Of a stretch of DNA of 64,000 nt, positions 49,278-60,003 are shown piece after piece. The notes under the pieces are model-generated. The model saw only the letters and a list, made by a program, of their open reading frames with translations. It had not been told where the DNA came from and searched no databases. The position numbers and the translations under genes were made by a program. How positions within the stretch are numbered: position 1 is the first letter of the stretch; each line of letters starts with the position of its first letter. The DNA comes from Thecamonas trahens ATCC 50062 (taxonomy: Eukaryota > Protista > Apusomonadida), in NCBI RefSeq assembly GCF_000142905.1, contig NW_013657662.1, positions 248,001-312,000 on the forward strand, written 5' to 3'.

Positions 49278-50224
49278 ATGGCGGACCTCCTCCCGCCGCT
49301 GTGCCAATACTGCGGGGCCACCCGCCCGAGCTGTGGCGAGGACCCGTGTGCGCCCATCTTGTGGACCCTCTCCGCGCTCTTCACCGCCACATGGCTTGTC
49401 GCTCTTGCTGCGGCGGCGGCGGCAGCTACCACACCGCCGGCTGCTTTGCCTGCTGGCCGCATGTGGCGCTGGGCTGTGGGAGGATCAGGCGCTCTGTTGG
49501 CCCTCTCGGCCTGTGCCGCTGCGCTTGCCAGTATCCTGCCTGTGGCTGATGCTGCTGTCCTCGCCCCGGACGCCTGGTTCATGGTCCTGCTCGCCGTCGC
49601 CGTGCCGCTCACCCGCGCTGCTGCTGCTCTTCTCCTCATGCCTGTCTGGCTCGCGCTGTACGCAGAGGCGACTGCATCCGGCGCGCGAGCCGCAAATGCT
49701 GCCCGATCGCTTGTCGCTCTTCTCCTCGCCGCCCTCGCCCTCGCTGCTCTCGTCCTCGCCGCCCATGCCTGGGCCGGTGATGCCCGCGACATCACGGCCC
49801 TCGCCCCCTACAGCCTAGCAGCCGATGCTCTCATCTCGGTCGCAGGTGTCATGTGGCTTGTTCATGCCGTCCCGCGCGTCATTTCACTGCCCTCGTTCGC
49901 CGGTGTCGTCTCCAAGGACATGAACTTGTTGAGGACGACCTCCCGTCGCATCGCGGTCTACACCGCCCTCGCTTGTCTGGCAGTGGTCATCGAGGCTGTC
50001 CGCTATGCGCTAGACCATCTCCGGTCGTCAACAGACCGAGACCACCGCGCCGAGCGCAACGGCGTCTTTGTCGCTCTCGCTGCCACCACGTCGCTCCTGC
50101 GCTGGCTCGTTCTCGTCGCCACCACCGCCACCGTCGTCTCATTTGTCCGCCACGCCATGGCGCGTGCCGCCCGCGTCGCCCCGCGCCCCTTTTTGGCTAT
50201 GGCTCGCTCAACGAGCTCGAGTAG
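49278..50224 (+). CDS. Hypothetical multipass (6-7 TM) membrane protein; 3' end uncertain
   Basis: Successive Ala/Leu-rich TM segments. The listed ORF runs to 50501, antisense into the next gene. A shift near 50185 would end it at ..GYGSLNELE* (50224). Confidence 0.6.
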
Positions 50225-51021
50225 TTGCTCTGCGCCGCTGCCACCAGCCATCCGACTTCTTGCGACCTGCCCCGAGGCAGATACGGCACATTGTTCAACG
50301 TGCCGCTGTCCTCAACCGTCAATCTCCCGACTGTCGCTTCGCCCACCGATGCCACAAGCTCGTCCCATGACACGAGCGTCGCCGCGCCGTTGTTCCGCGG
50401 CGCGTCGTGGTACTCGAGCGGCCCACATTAATCCAGACCCCGGTTCCAGGCTTCAGCAAAGTGCTGATCCCGGCCGCGGCGGCCAGCGGTCCGACAGCTA
50501 GAACGTCGAGTACATACGCCGTCACCACAGCATCGTAGGCTCCGGCTCGTTCGGGCTCGTCCCACCATGCCGGCTCAAAGCTAGCGTGTGTGGTGACCGC
50601 AGAATTGTGATGAGGCAATCGCGGGAGCGGGAGCGCAACACGAACGCCCAGCCGCGGTGCGGACTCCGGCTGGGGATACAGAACCAGCGCTCGCTCCTCT
50701 TCTGCTCTTCGCAACTGCTCATACACCGCCAGCAGTGGGGCCGAAGTATCGATGCCTTCCACAACCGAGCCACACGGCAGCTGTTGCGCCAGATCGTGGA
50801 CGAGACGACAAGCACCGCAACCGGGAACCAGCACCCGGAGCGACGCAGCGGTACGTGAAGCTGATGACAGCAGATCAGCGGCAAGGCCGTAAACCACCGT
50901 TCTCACTCCGCCGCCGTCGTCGGACCAATCTCGCCACAGGTGCCGGATGACTTGCACCGGCTCGTCGTACCGGGATGTCCACCCCGCACTGCAAGCCCCA
51001 CCATCATCGCCGCCACTATAC

Positions 51022-51059
<38 letters not shown>

Positions 51060-51266
51060 CACCAGAAACTCCTCCAGCACCTTTGCATTCTCCGCATACG
51101 CTCGCATCGACGCCATCCGCTTTTCCACACCTTCCACGCCTTCCACACCTGTGATCCCCGTCGTGTCCTGGGCCATTCTCTGCTGCATCTCCTCCAGGTA
51201 CTCCCGGACAAGCATGCGGCCCTGTGCACCGAGCCTCAACCCCGGCCCTTGATCCGCCTCGGCCAT
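50197..51266 (-). CDS. N2227-like / carnosine N-methyltransferase-like SAM methyltransferase; apparent frameshift at ~50422
   Basis: HLWRDWS, VLVPGCGACRLVHDLA, YDAVVTAYVLD, LKPG..WINVG[PLEYH]..SWDEL after restoring one base. Confidence 0.85.
50383..50470 (+). repeat. Direct repeat copy 2 (within the methyltransferase CDS)
   Basis: Matches 48985-49074. Confidence 0.92.
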
Positions 51267-51597
51267 CGCCAGTCCAACCGCACTCCCAGCACAACCAGCA
51301 ACTGCTTCCTGTGGCGCAGTTGAGTGGTGCCTCGACCGATCCTCTTCATCGCCGAGTTACCCGCAACAAGACGATCATCATCATCATAATCATCATTATC
51401 ATCATCTTCCCCCTAAACCTAAACAACACCACACTACGCATCACTCATCCAGCGGTGTTGACAATTCGTCCTCCATACGCCCTGGCGCCATCGCACCCCC
51501 CCCCCCCCCCTCCCCCTCAGTTCACCCAGCCAGCCACCAAACTCCGACCGAGTCGCCCTGCTCCCCCACACACCTCACCCACCACACACCACACACA

Positions 51598-51653
51598 CAC
51601 CACCACCACCACCACCACCACCACCACCATCACCACCACCACCACCACCACCA
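51598..51653 (+). repeat. (ACC)n trinucleotide repeat upstream of Cactin; an (ATC)n run also lies at ~51374-51405
   Basis: Direct inspection. Confidence 0.9.
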
Positions 51654-51666
51654 CACACCCCTCAAC

Positions 51667-53781
51667 ATGCCCTCCCGTCACCGCCACCACCACCGCCGCT
51701 CCTCCTCCTCCTCCTCCCGCCGCCGCCGCCACCACCGCTCCTCCTCCTCCTCCTCTCGCCACAGGAAGCGGCGGCGGAGAGATCGGTCACCCCGGTCGGG
51801 TGATGGAGATGATGGTGTTGGCAGCAGGTCATTGGGGGATGATGACCGTGGAAAGCGGGCCCGTGGCCTCGAGTCTGAAGGCCATGTCGCTCCTGTGGCT
51901 CAGCCCGAGCACGACCCATCGCTGTCCATCGCCGGCTACACCAACAACGACAACCCGTTCCACGACCCGCAGCTGACAAAGAAGTTTGTATGGAAGTCCA
52001 AAGAGCGGGCGGCTGCCAGGAAGCGGTCGACGGGTGCTCCTCCGGCGTCGGATCCGTTCCACACCTCACATTCCTCGTCGCATGCATCGCGCCCTGCAGC
52101 GCCGCAGCCTCGCAACGAGCACCGTGGCCATGACGACGACGATCTCGAGCGCCGCGCCCAGCAGGTGCAGGAAGAGCTGGAGGCGATCAAGCGCCGGCGC
52201 GCTGAGCGTGAGGCCGAGCTCGCTGCCATGGAGGATGAGAAGCTCGCCCGGCTGGTCGAGCAGGAGGCCGAGGCTCACGGCGGCTTTGCCGCCCAGGAAG
52301 AAAAGTTCTCGCGCGAGACCGTCCTCCAGCGCTCGTCCATCCGCATCCGCGAGGGCCGCACCCGTGCCATCGACATGATGGCCCTTCTCCTCGACCTCCA
52401 TGCAGCCGACAAGGTCTTTGAGCGCGCTGCCGCCACCGAGGCTTCTGTCTCCAAGGCTGCCAAGGCCGCCGCCGCCGAGCTCGCTCTCACCACCGGTGAC
52501 GACGACGCCGAGTCTGATGCTGCTGTGCAGGAGGCCAAAGACACCCTCCGCGCTAAGCTCGCAACCCTCCCGCTCTGCATTTACCACATCCCCGACCCGG
52601 TCGCATACCTGCAGGGCCTCTCGCTCACGAGGCTGGAGGGCCTTGTCGCGGATGCCCGCGCCAACCGCGACGCTGACCCGGAGCGCGAGCTCTGGCACCT
52701 CATCATTCAACTCGGCGCCCATATGATCTCTATCTTTGAGCGCCACATCTTTGCCTCGCTCGCCGACTCGGACACCGCCATGGCCCCGCCGTCTGCCGGC
52801 GCCCCGCACCCGCCGTCACGCGACCCGCTCACCCTCTCGCTCGCCGACTGCGAAGCCGTCCACGCTTCGGTCTCTGCCGACGTTGCCGCCCTTCTCGCCG
52901 GCAAGAGCCATGCCGAGCTGCTCGAGCTCGAGGCCCAGGTCCGTGCTCAGCTCGACGACCCGGCCGCGGCCGCCGTCATCGACACCGAGTTCTTCTCCTC
53001 GGTCCTGGACGCTCTTGAAGTTTCCAAGGCCCATGCCTCACTCCGGTCCATGCACGCTGCTGCCCTCGTCCGCCAGGGCAAGCACCTCGCTGCGCTCCTC
53101 GGCACCGTCCCGCCCCGCGGCACGCCGCCGACACACGCAGACATCGACGGTATGCGCCAGGCTGCTTTCCTCGCCCACGTCGGCATCGACACCGTCGGCG
53201 ACTCCCCACTCACTATCGCCCTCATCCGCCACACCAACCACATCCTTCACCCCATGTCCGCTCACCCGTTCGCCCTCGCGGTCCAAGCAGTCGACGACGC
53301 CGAATCGGTGGCGTCGGCACTCGGCGCCGAGCTCGAGGACGAGCTCGACGGCATGCGCGAGGAGATGATCAACGACGCCCGCGCTGTTCTCGGCGAACGT
53401 TCCGCCATGTGGGACGACAAGACAAAGCCGCGCAAGCCGCTGTACTTTGCCCGTGTCATCTCCGGCTACCGCTGGACCTCGTGGGCCCGCGCCCACTTTG
53501 ACAAGGACAACCCGCCGCCGCGGCAGGTCCAGGGCCTCAAGCTCGCCGTCCTCCTCCCAGACCTGCTTGACAAGACCGCCACCCCGACGTTCAAGGTCAT
53601 TCCGAACGGTGACGAGACCGCCACTCTTCTCATCTCACCGGGCCCGCCCTACCTCGACCTCGCCTTCTCGACCCTCGACAAGTCGTGGGACCGTCGCCCG
53701 CGCGCCGGCTACCGCTGCACCTTTGAGCGCGGCGTCTTTAAGCTCAACTTTCGCTACAAGCGCCAGATCTACCGCAAGTAG
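51667..53781 (+). CDS. CACTIN: Cactin splicing factor
   Basis: RS-rich N-terminus, GYTNNDNPFHDPQL..FVW, IRIREGR, KPRKPLYFARV..GYRW..DNPPPRQVQG, GPPYLDLAF. Confidence 0.95.
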   Translation: MPSRHRHHHRRSSSSSSRRRRHHRSSSSSSRHRKRRRRDRSPRSGDGDDGVGSRSLGDDDRGKRARGLESEGHVAPVAQPEHDPSLSIAGYTNNDNPFHDPQLTKKFVWKSKERAAARKRSTGAPPASDPFHTSHSSSHASRPAAPQPRNEHRGHDDDDLERRAQQVQEELEAIKRRRAEREAELAAMEDEKLARLVEQEAEAHGGFAAQEEKFSRETVLQRSSIRIREGRTRAIDMMALLLDLHAADKVFERAAATEASVSKAAKAAAAELALTTGDDDAESDAAVQEAKDTLRAKLATLPLCIYHIPDPVAYLQGLSLTRLEGLVADARANRDADPERELWHLIIQLGAHMISIFERHIFASLADSDTAMAPPSAGAPHPPSRDPLTLSLADCEAVHASVSADVAALLAGKSHAELLELEAQVRAQLDDPAAAAVIDTEFFSSVLDALEVSKAHASLRSMHAAALVRQGKHLAALLGTVPPRGTPPTHADIDGMRQAAFLAHVGIDTVGDSPLTIALIRHTNHILHPMSAHPFALAVQAVDDAESVASALGAELEDELDGMREEMINDARAVLGERSAMWDDKTKPRKPLYFARVISGYRWTSWARAHFDKDNPPPRQVQGLKLAVLLPDLLDKTATPTFKVIPNGDETATLLISPGPPYLDLAFSTLDKSWDRRPRAGYRCTFERGVFKLNFRYKRQIYRK

Positions 53782-53881
53782 TCGCGATCGCCAGTCGCTG
53801 TCACTTCTTCCTGCTGCAACCCGTCGCTCCAGGTCAACGACGAAGCCGAGCTCGCGAACGGCTTGTTCTCTCCACATTCTC

Positions 53882-56800
53882 TCACGGCACCAGCTCGTCG
53901 CGCTCCTTACCCCGCGGCTCAACCGCAAGCGACCGCCGAAACAGCTCAGACTCATCGACCAGGCCCTCGCCGCGGTCCAAGTACGCCTGCACGGCCTCAA
54001 CAATGTGAAAGTTGTACGGCCGCTCGCGAAAGTGCACAATCTGCGAGACGATGCGATGGACCATGACCACCTTTTCCACGTTGACCATCGACACCCCGCC
54101 CTCGCCCTCGACGTAGTCCGGGTTGCCATCCTCCACAAACACGAGATCCGTGAGAAAAACGCCCACGTACGGCACCGCCTGCGCCGCCGCCGCAAGCTTG
54201 GCTCGGTACGTCTTGAACGAGCCCGACATGTCCATCAGCGACTCGAGACCCGCGAGCTGCTTCTTGAACCGCCGCGGCACCTTGACCTTGGTAAACTTGA
54301 GTCGCGAGACCGCCGCATTGTTGAGCCCGACAATAACTGCCATCACCCCCGAGTAGTTGCCCATCTCTGCAAACGCACTCCCGAGCTTGATCATGTACGT
54401 CATCACCTTGGATCGCAGCCGCAGCGACGGCTCAGACACAATCTCAGCCGTCACCCAGTTGGACACAATGTTGAACCGCTCGATAAAGTTGAGCAGATTC
54501 CGCGCTTTGGCCGCGTGTTTTGCCTTGGTCCACTTGAGCCCCAGAAACTCGGCCGGCTCGATCATCGAGTACACCGTAAAGTCGCGCAGCGTGATCTGCC
54601 GTGCCATTTCCACCTCGTCAAGATCCAGCAGCTGGAGGTCCGACGCAAAGACAAGGAGCGATGGAACTCGCGAGTACGGCGCAGCTTCTGCCCGCCACCG
54701 CAAAGTATCCACTTCGCGTCCAAACAAATGCTCGCCTGACGCATCCGCCACCGTCAGCCGGAGCACCGGCGGTCGCACTAGACCTTCCTCCGCCGTCACC
54801 AGTAGCGCCTCGATTGCCGCCGCCTGCTTGGCGTAGCCGTCGTCAGCAATGCGGGCGATAAACTCTCGCAGCGCCGCTCCAGCCTCGCCATCGCCAGCGT
54901 CCCAGTGCGAGCCCAGCCACTCCTTGATGACAGAGATGACCACAAGCTGGAGTGGAACCTGGATGTTGGCTCGAAACTCGGCCTCGCCGAGCGACGGATC
55001 CTGCGGAACAGCATACCGCTCGCCGAGTTTGCCCACCACCTCGGTCGAGCTCACAAACTGTGAGTGGGTGAACAGGAAGATCTCCATGAAAAGCAGGTCC
55101 AGCTTCTCGATGTTAGTCAGACGCTCAACCAGCGCGTTGAGCCGCGCTGCCACCAGTGCTCCGTCGCGCACAACCTCGGCCTCGCCGTTCCCAGGCGCCG
55201 AATCATCCCAGATCGAGGTGTACACCTGTCGCGCCAGCGGAATCGTGCCGTCGTCGCGCTTCTTGAGCGCAATCGCAGAGCCTACACTCACTCCGGCCTC
55301 GGCAAGCGTGATTTCGCCCGAGAGTGGGACAGGCGTCGAGACACCCTTGCGGAGCACAAAGAAGCCCTCCGGATCCAGCCCCATCTTGGCGCAAAGGACC
55401 GGGAGCAGGATCGAGAGCGAGACGTTGAGCGAGACAACGAGTTCGCGCTCGTCGCTCCCGTGGGAGACCAGCAGCCGCTGCGGCGCCTTTTTGAACTGGA
55501 CTCGGCTCGACTGGAGCACAGACCGAAACTCGCGGACCTTGGCCGCGGTCTCCATCCACATGCCCTCGGTCTCGAGCTCGTCGGGGCCCGACTCAAAGCC
55601 ATCTATCACTACAAACACACCGTACTCGTCGGCAGCAGCCAGTCCAAACATGTGCCCAACCTTGGTCACCACGTCGCCAAACGTGGCGTCGGCCTCGACC
55701 TCAACGTTGACCTCGGTCGCTCCAGCGCCGCCGACCTCCAGCCGCAGCTTGATGGGCTGCGCCCGGAGCGTAAGCTCACCGTACTGCGCCAGTGTCATCA
55801 GCTGCGGATAGTCCTTGAGCACATTTTCGTCCTTGAGGAGGATCTCCACGTCTGAGCTTCCGTCCTTGTCGGCATGCGGAACAAAGTGAAGCGAGTACCG
55901 GTCCTCCAAGTCGGTTGGGCTCTTGCCCAGTGGCTCCAACACGTACTGCGAGGACCGCAAGATGTACCGCGTGATGTCGCCGCAAAACTCGGATGGATCC
56001 ACCAGGTAGTCGCCCACCAGTTGCGGAATCTCCGAGCACTTGACCGAAAACTCCCATGGCGCGAGCTTGAGGTGGACCATCAAGGACTCCTCCTCGCCTT
56101 CGACCTCGGAGAGCGAGACGGACCGCGAGTCGGATGCGTCGACCTCCAGAAAGTTGGACTCGCCATACTGTTTGGCCTTCTTCTTCGCCCGTCGCCTGGC
56201 CCGCCGCCGCCGCCGCCGCCACCGCCTGTTCTCGCTTGCGGCGGCCAGGCTTGTGCGCCGCTCAGTCATCAACTCTAGGATGGGTGCATCCAGCGAAATG
56301 AGTGGATACTCTGCGGGGTTGTGATCAAACCGCTGAAAGTGGTCCCATGACGCAAGAACAAGCCCGTAGTCACGGGCAGAGAACGAGGTATCAAACAGCG
56401 GGTTGAGCTCAAGCAGAGCCGCCACAAGGTCTAGCCCCGTCGTCGCAGAGTCGGCAGAAATCTGGACCACCGTTGCCTCGCCAATAAAGGCAGACATCCG
56501 CAAGAGTCGGTGGTGGATGGCGACTTCGACGGTGACAAGCGGCTCGGTTCCGTCACCGCGCGCCGCACTTGGCAACGCCCGTCCCGAGCCGGTCGTCCCC
56601 GTCCGTGCCCGAAGTACATCGGTTGCGCTCGGCTCGCCGGGCGCTCCAGACACGTCCGGCACAGGCACCTCGGTCCCGGTCGCAGACTCGATGGCAATGA
56701 GGACCTCGGCTAGCGACGGGTCGTTGTCGACGCTGGCCATCGATCGCCGGTTGTTCGCCGACGCCTTGGCCCGCGAGAGTGTCCGTTGCCGCAGCGTCGA

Positions 56801-59466
56801 GCCCGCCCGCTTGCGATCAATGGTACCTGACGAGAGCGCCATTGTCCGCTTGGGCAGTGGCGGCAGCGGCCGCCGCCGCCGTAACGACGCTGACGACCCG
56901 GCCATCGTCGACGACGACGTCCGCGGCCGACGGAACGGCAAAGGAGCCTTGTTGCTCTCCGCGCCACTAGCGGATGCCTTGCTCTCAGGTGGAGCTGCGA
57001 GTTCGCCAGCATCATCGTCACCTCCAGATGTATCAGCAGCGTCAACCGTGATGTTGACAGGCTTGCTCGACGCATCCAAAACGTGTCGGCCTGCCCGCCC
57101 GAGGCGGAACCCTCTGACATCGAGGTCGAGAACGACATAAACTCGCCCTGCGACGTCGAGCCCGAGTAGTACGATGAATAGTACGACGAGCTCGATGAGA
57201 GCGTGCCCGAGCCGTCCGACGTGTTCGAGTCTGAGCTCGAACCCGAGCTCGACGACTTGGCCCGGGCCAGCAGCTTGCGGGCAGGAGGCTTCGAGCTGGA
57301 CGCCGCGCTCCTAGGCGGAGCCTTGACCGGCGACACCGCACCACGGTCGACATACTGCGGCGTTGGGCCGTCGTTGTCATCGACATCCGAGCCGTAGCCA
57401 ATTCGGTTGGTCGACGACCCCGCCCGAGCCCGCGATGCTGCCGCAGTCTCCTCCTCGTCAGCGGCGCGGTCGTCCTCAAAGGCGAGAATAACTTGCGTGA
57501 TGGCCTCGACGTCACACGCAAGGAGGAATTCCATGATGGCATTGAGCCCCAGCGCGGTAAACTCGGAGCGCATGGCGATCCGCTTGCGGAGCTTGGTCGG
57601 CGAGTTGACAAGCTTGTTGATGAGTTCCATCGACACTTGCTGCAGTGCAATCGACTCGCGACAGAGAAGCGAAGAGACTAGCGGCTTGAAGCGCGCAGAG
57701 AGCGGCAGCCCACGAACGGCGGTCGTGGCCGAAAAGACAAGCACAACCACCGACGAGGCATGCGGTGTGAGCTGAGCGTCGAGCACGGCGTACACCACCC
57801 GGAGCAGGACCTCGCGAATAGCCATCGACTCAAACTGCATCGACATCAGCAGATGCGTAAGGACGCGCTGGAGCGTGGCCGACGCCGGCGACCGCTTGTG
57901 CCTCCGCGCATCAAGCTTGATGGTTCCGTCTGGAAGGAGCGTGCCACGCCGCTTGGGTGGAAGGGTGGCCGACTTGGCTGCCTGCTCACGGAATTCGGGC
58001 ATGATGTATGCGGGAAGGTGGATGGTTGTGAGTGCACGCAGACCGACCGGCGAGCGCAGGGCAGCGTAGACCGCCCACATCAGGGCCTCGTGTGCCTCGC
58101 GAGCGCCCTTTTCGCCGTCGTCGTCGGCATCGCGCACATACAGCAGTAGCGAGACAAGCATGACCATGCCGCCGCCGTTGACAAAGTGGACGCGGCCTAC
58201 ATCGTTAGCGGCCTCCAGTGCAGACCGGGTCGACGCCATGAGCGAGCCCAGCTTGCCGAGCCCTTTCTTGGTCCGCTCTTCGGCCTTTTGGAACGCCTTG
58301 TCCAGCTTCTTGAGCAGCTTGTCCATGGCCTTAATCGAGCTGTCGCCTTTGCTCGTCTTGCGCGACGACGCCGCAGCCGTAGCCTCCTGGGCGTCACTGG
58401 CTGCAAGCGCTGAGAAGGTCGACGTCCGCCGCGGCACGCTCGACCGCTGCTTGGTCAGATCGCAAGACCACAGCCGCTTCGCAAGGTCGGCGAGCGCCGG
58501 CGGAAAGTCGGCAACCGCGTTGTCGTTGAGCCGCACCGTCCGGAGCGCGGGCAGCTTGGCAATCCATTCCAACCCTGTGCCCTTGGTCAGCTTGTTGTGC
58601 GAGGCATCAAAGACCGCTAGTGCTGGAAAGACCGAGCCCGATGACGCCACCGCCACTCCGGGCGACGGCAAGCTTGCAAGCTCGTTGTGGGCAAGAAAGA
58701 GCTGCTCCAGGGCACGGAGCGAGTACAGGCTCGCAGGCACGCTTTTGAGCGCGTTGTGCGAGAGGTCGAGAATGAGCAGCGACGTACTCCGCCCAACTGA
58801 TGAGCTCAACACGTCGAGCGAGTTGTGGGCCAGGTTGAGATCCAGGAGCGCTGACGTCGAGCTCAGCGCGTTCTCAGGCAGGGCCTCGATCGCATTGTGA
58901 GAGAGATCAAGACGAGCCAGCGAGGTTTGCGGTAGCCGAACGTCAAACGAGGAGAGCGCGTTGTCGGCCAGCGAGAGATGTGCCAGGTTGCTACACCGCG
59001 ACAGGTCGAGGCCGTCGGGCAGAGCGGTGAGGGCGTTGCCACTCAGATCGAGCTCAACAAGCGAGACAAGCTCGCTGATGCACGCCGGCACAAAAGTCAA
59101 CGCGTTGTTGGCAAGCGAGAGAAAGGTCAAGTTGCACAGGCCGACCACCGACTCGGGCACGGCGGTGATGTTGTTGTCGGAGAGAACGAGAACATGCAAG
59201 TTGGCGGTCGAGCCGTGGCACCTCGCCACCACCAGGCTCATGGGCACCTCCTCCAGCGAGCACCCGGCCAAGTTGACCACCGAGCCATCCGGCACTTCGA
59301 CAGTCTCGCCGTTCCCCGCACCAACGCCTGCAACTCTGCCCGCTCTCTCGCCCTTGCTGCCCTTGCCCTTCTTCCGTCGTCCACCGTCGTTGCCTTTCTC
59401 GCCAGCAAACACCTCCTGTGCACCCTGTCGCCGCTTAGGCTTCTCCCGCGACGACTGGGTACCCAT
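53882..59466 (-). CDS. LRR + formin GBD/FH3-like + ubiquitin-like repeats + RasGEF (REM/CDC25); apparent frameshift at ~57080
   Basis: LxxLxLxxN repeats; MELINKLVNSP..RIAMRSEF..LGL (FH3); EMARQIT, FNIVSNWV, VPYVGVFLTDLVFVEDGNPD, SLAVEPR. One added T joins the ORFs (DTFLDASS). Confidence 0.85.
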
Positions 59467-60003
59467 GATGATGAGTCTCACGCGCGCCCCAGGGGTGAGA
59501 GGTGTGGTTGACTGGCTCTTGCGTGGGCTGGTAAGCTGTCTGACTGGTCCAGGCCGTGTCCTAGCCACCGTGTGCCAGCAAAAGCCTGAATGGCCCTCGT
59601 GTCGTCGTTGCCGTCAAAAACGTCGGGCAGGGAAGGGAGTTTGGACAGCAGCTCGGCTGGGGACACGAGTAGGTGGCCATGGAAAGCTCGATCTCGCACT
59701 GATCTGTGACGACGATCAGCATGACTGCCGAGTTGTGCTTGGCATGAGCATCAACGGCATCATGTGCATCAAGGCAGTGATGATCACCCACTGCGACGGC
59801 AACTGCCTCGCGATGAGCACAAGTGTGTGTGATCATCACCAGCCTCTACGAGCATCAGTCGGCGCGATCAACAAAGACGCGTGCTATGTATGGCTGCCGA
59901 GAACCGCCGCGACAACAGCGAGTCGTACAAACGCACCTCCGCCGCCCGCACCCCCTCCCCCCCCCCCCAGACACAGCGATATTGACTCACCCCTCTCTTC
60001 TCC

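Noticed and set aside
48985-50470. LTR retrotransposon or DNA transposon
   Set aside because: The repeats derive from host CDS. There are no TG..CA termini, PBS, TIRs or RT/transposase.
14301-57081. Calling the frameshifted genes pseudogenes
   Set aside because: Single indels in otherwise intact, conserved ORFs with no stops or decay.
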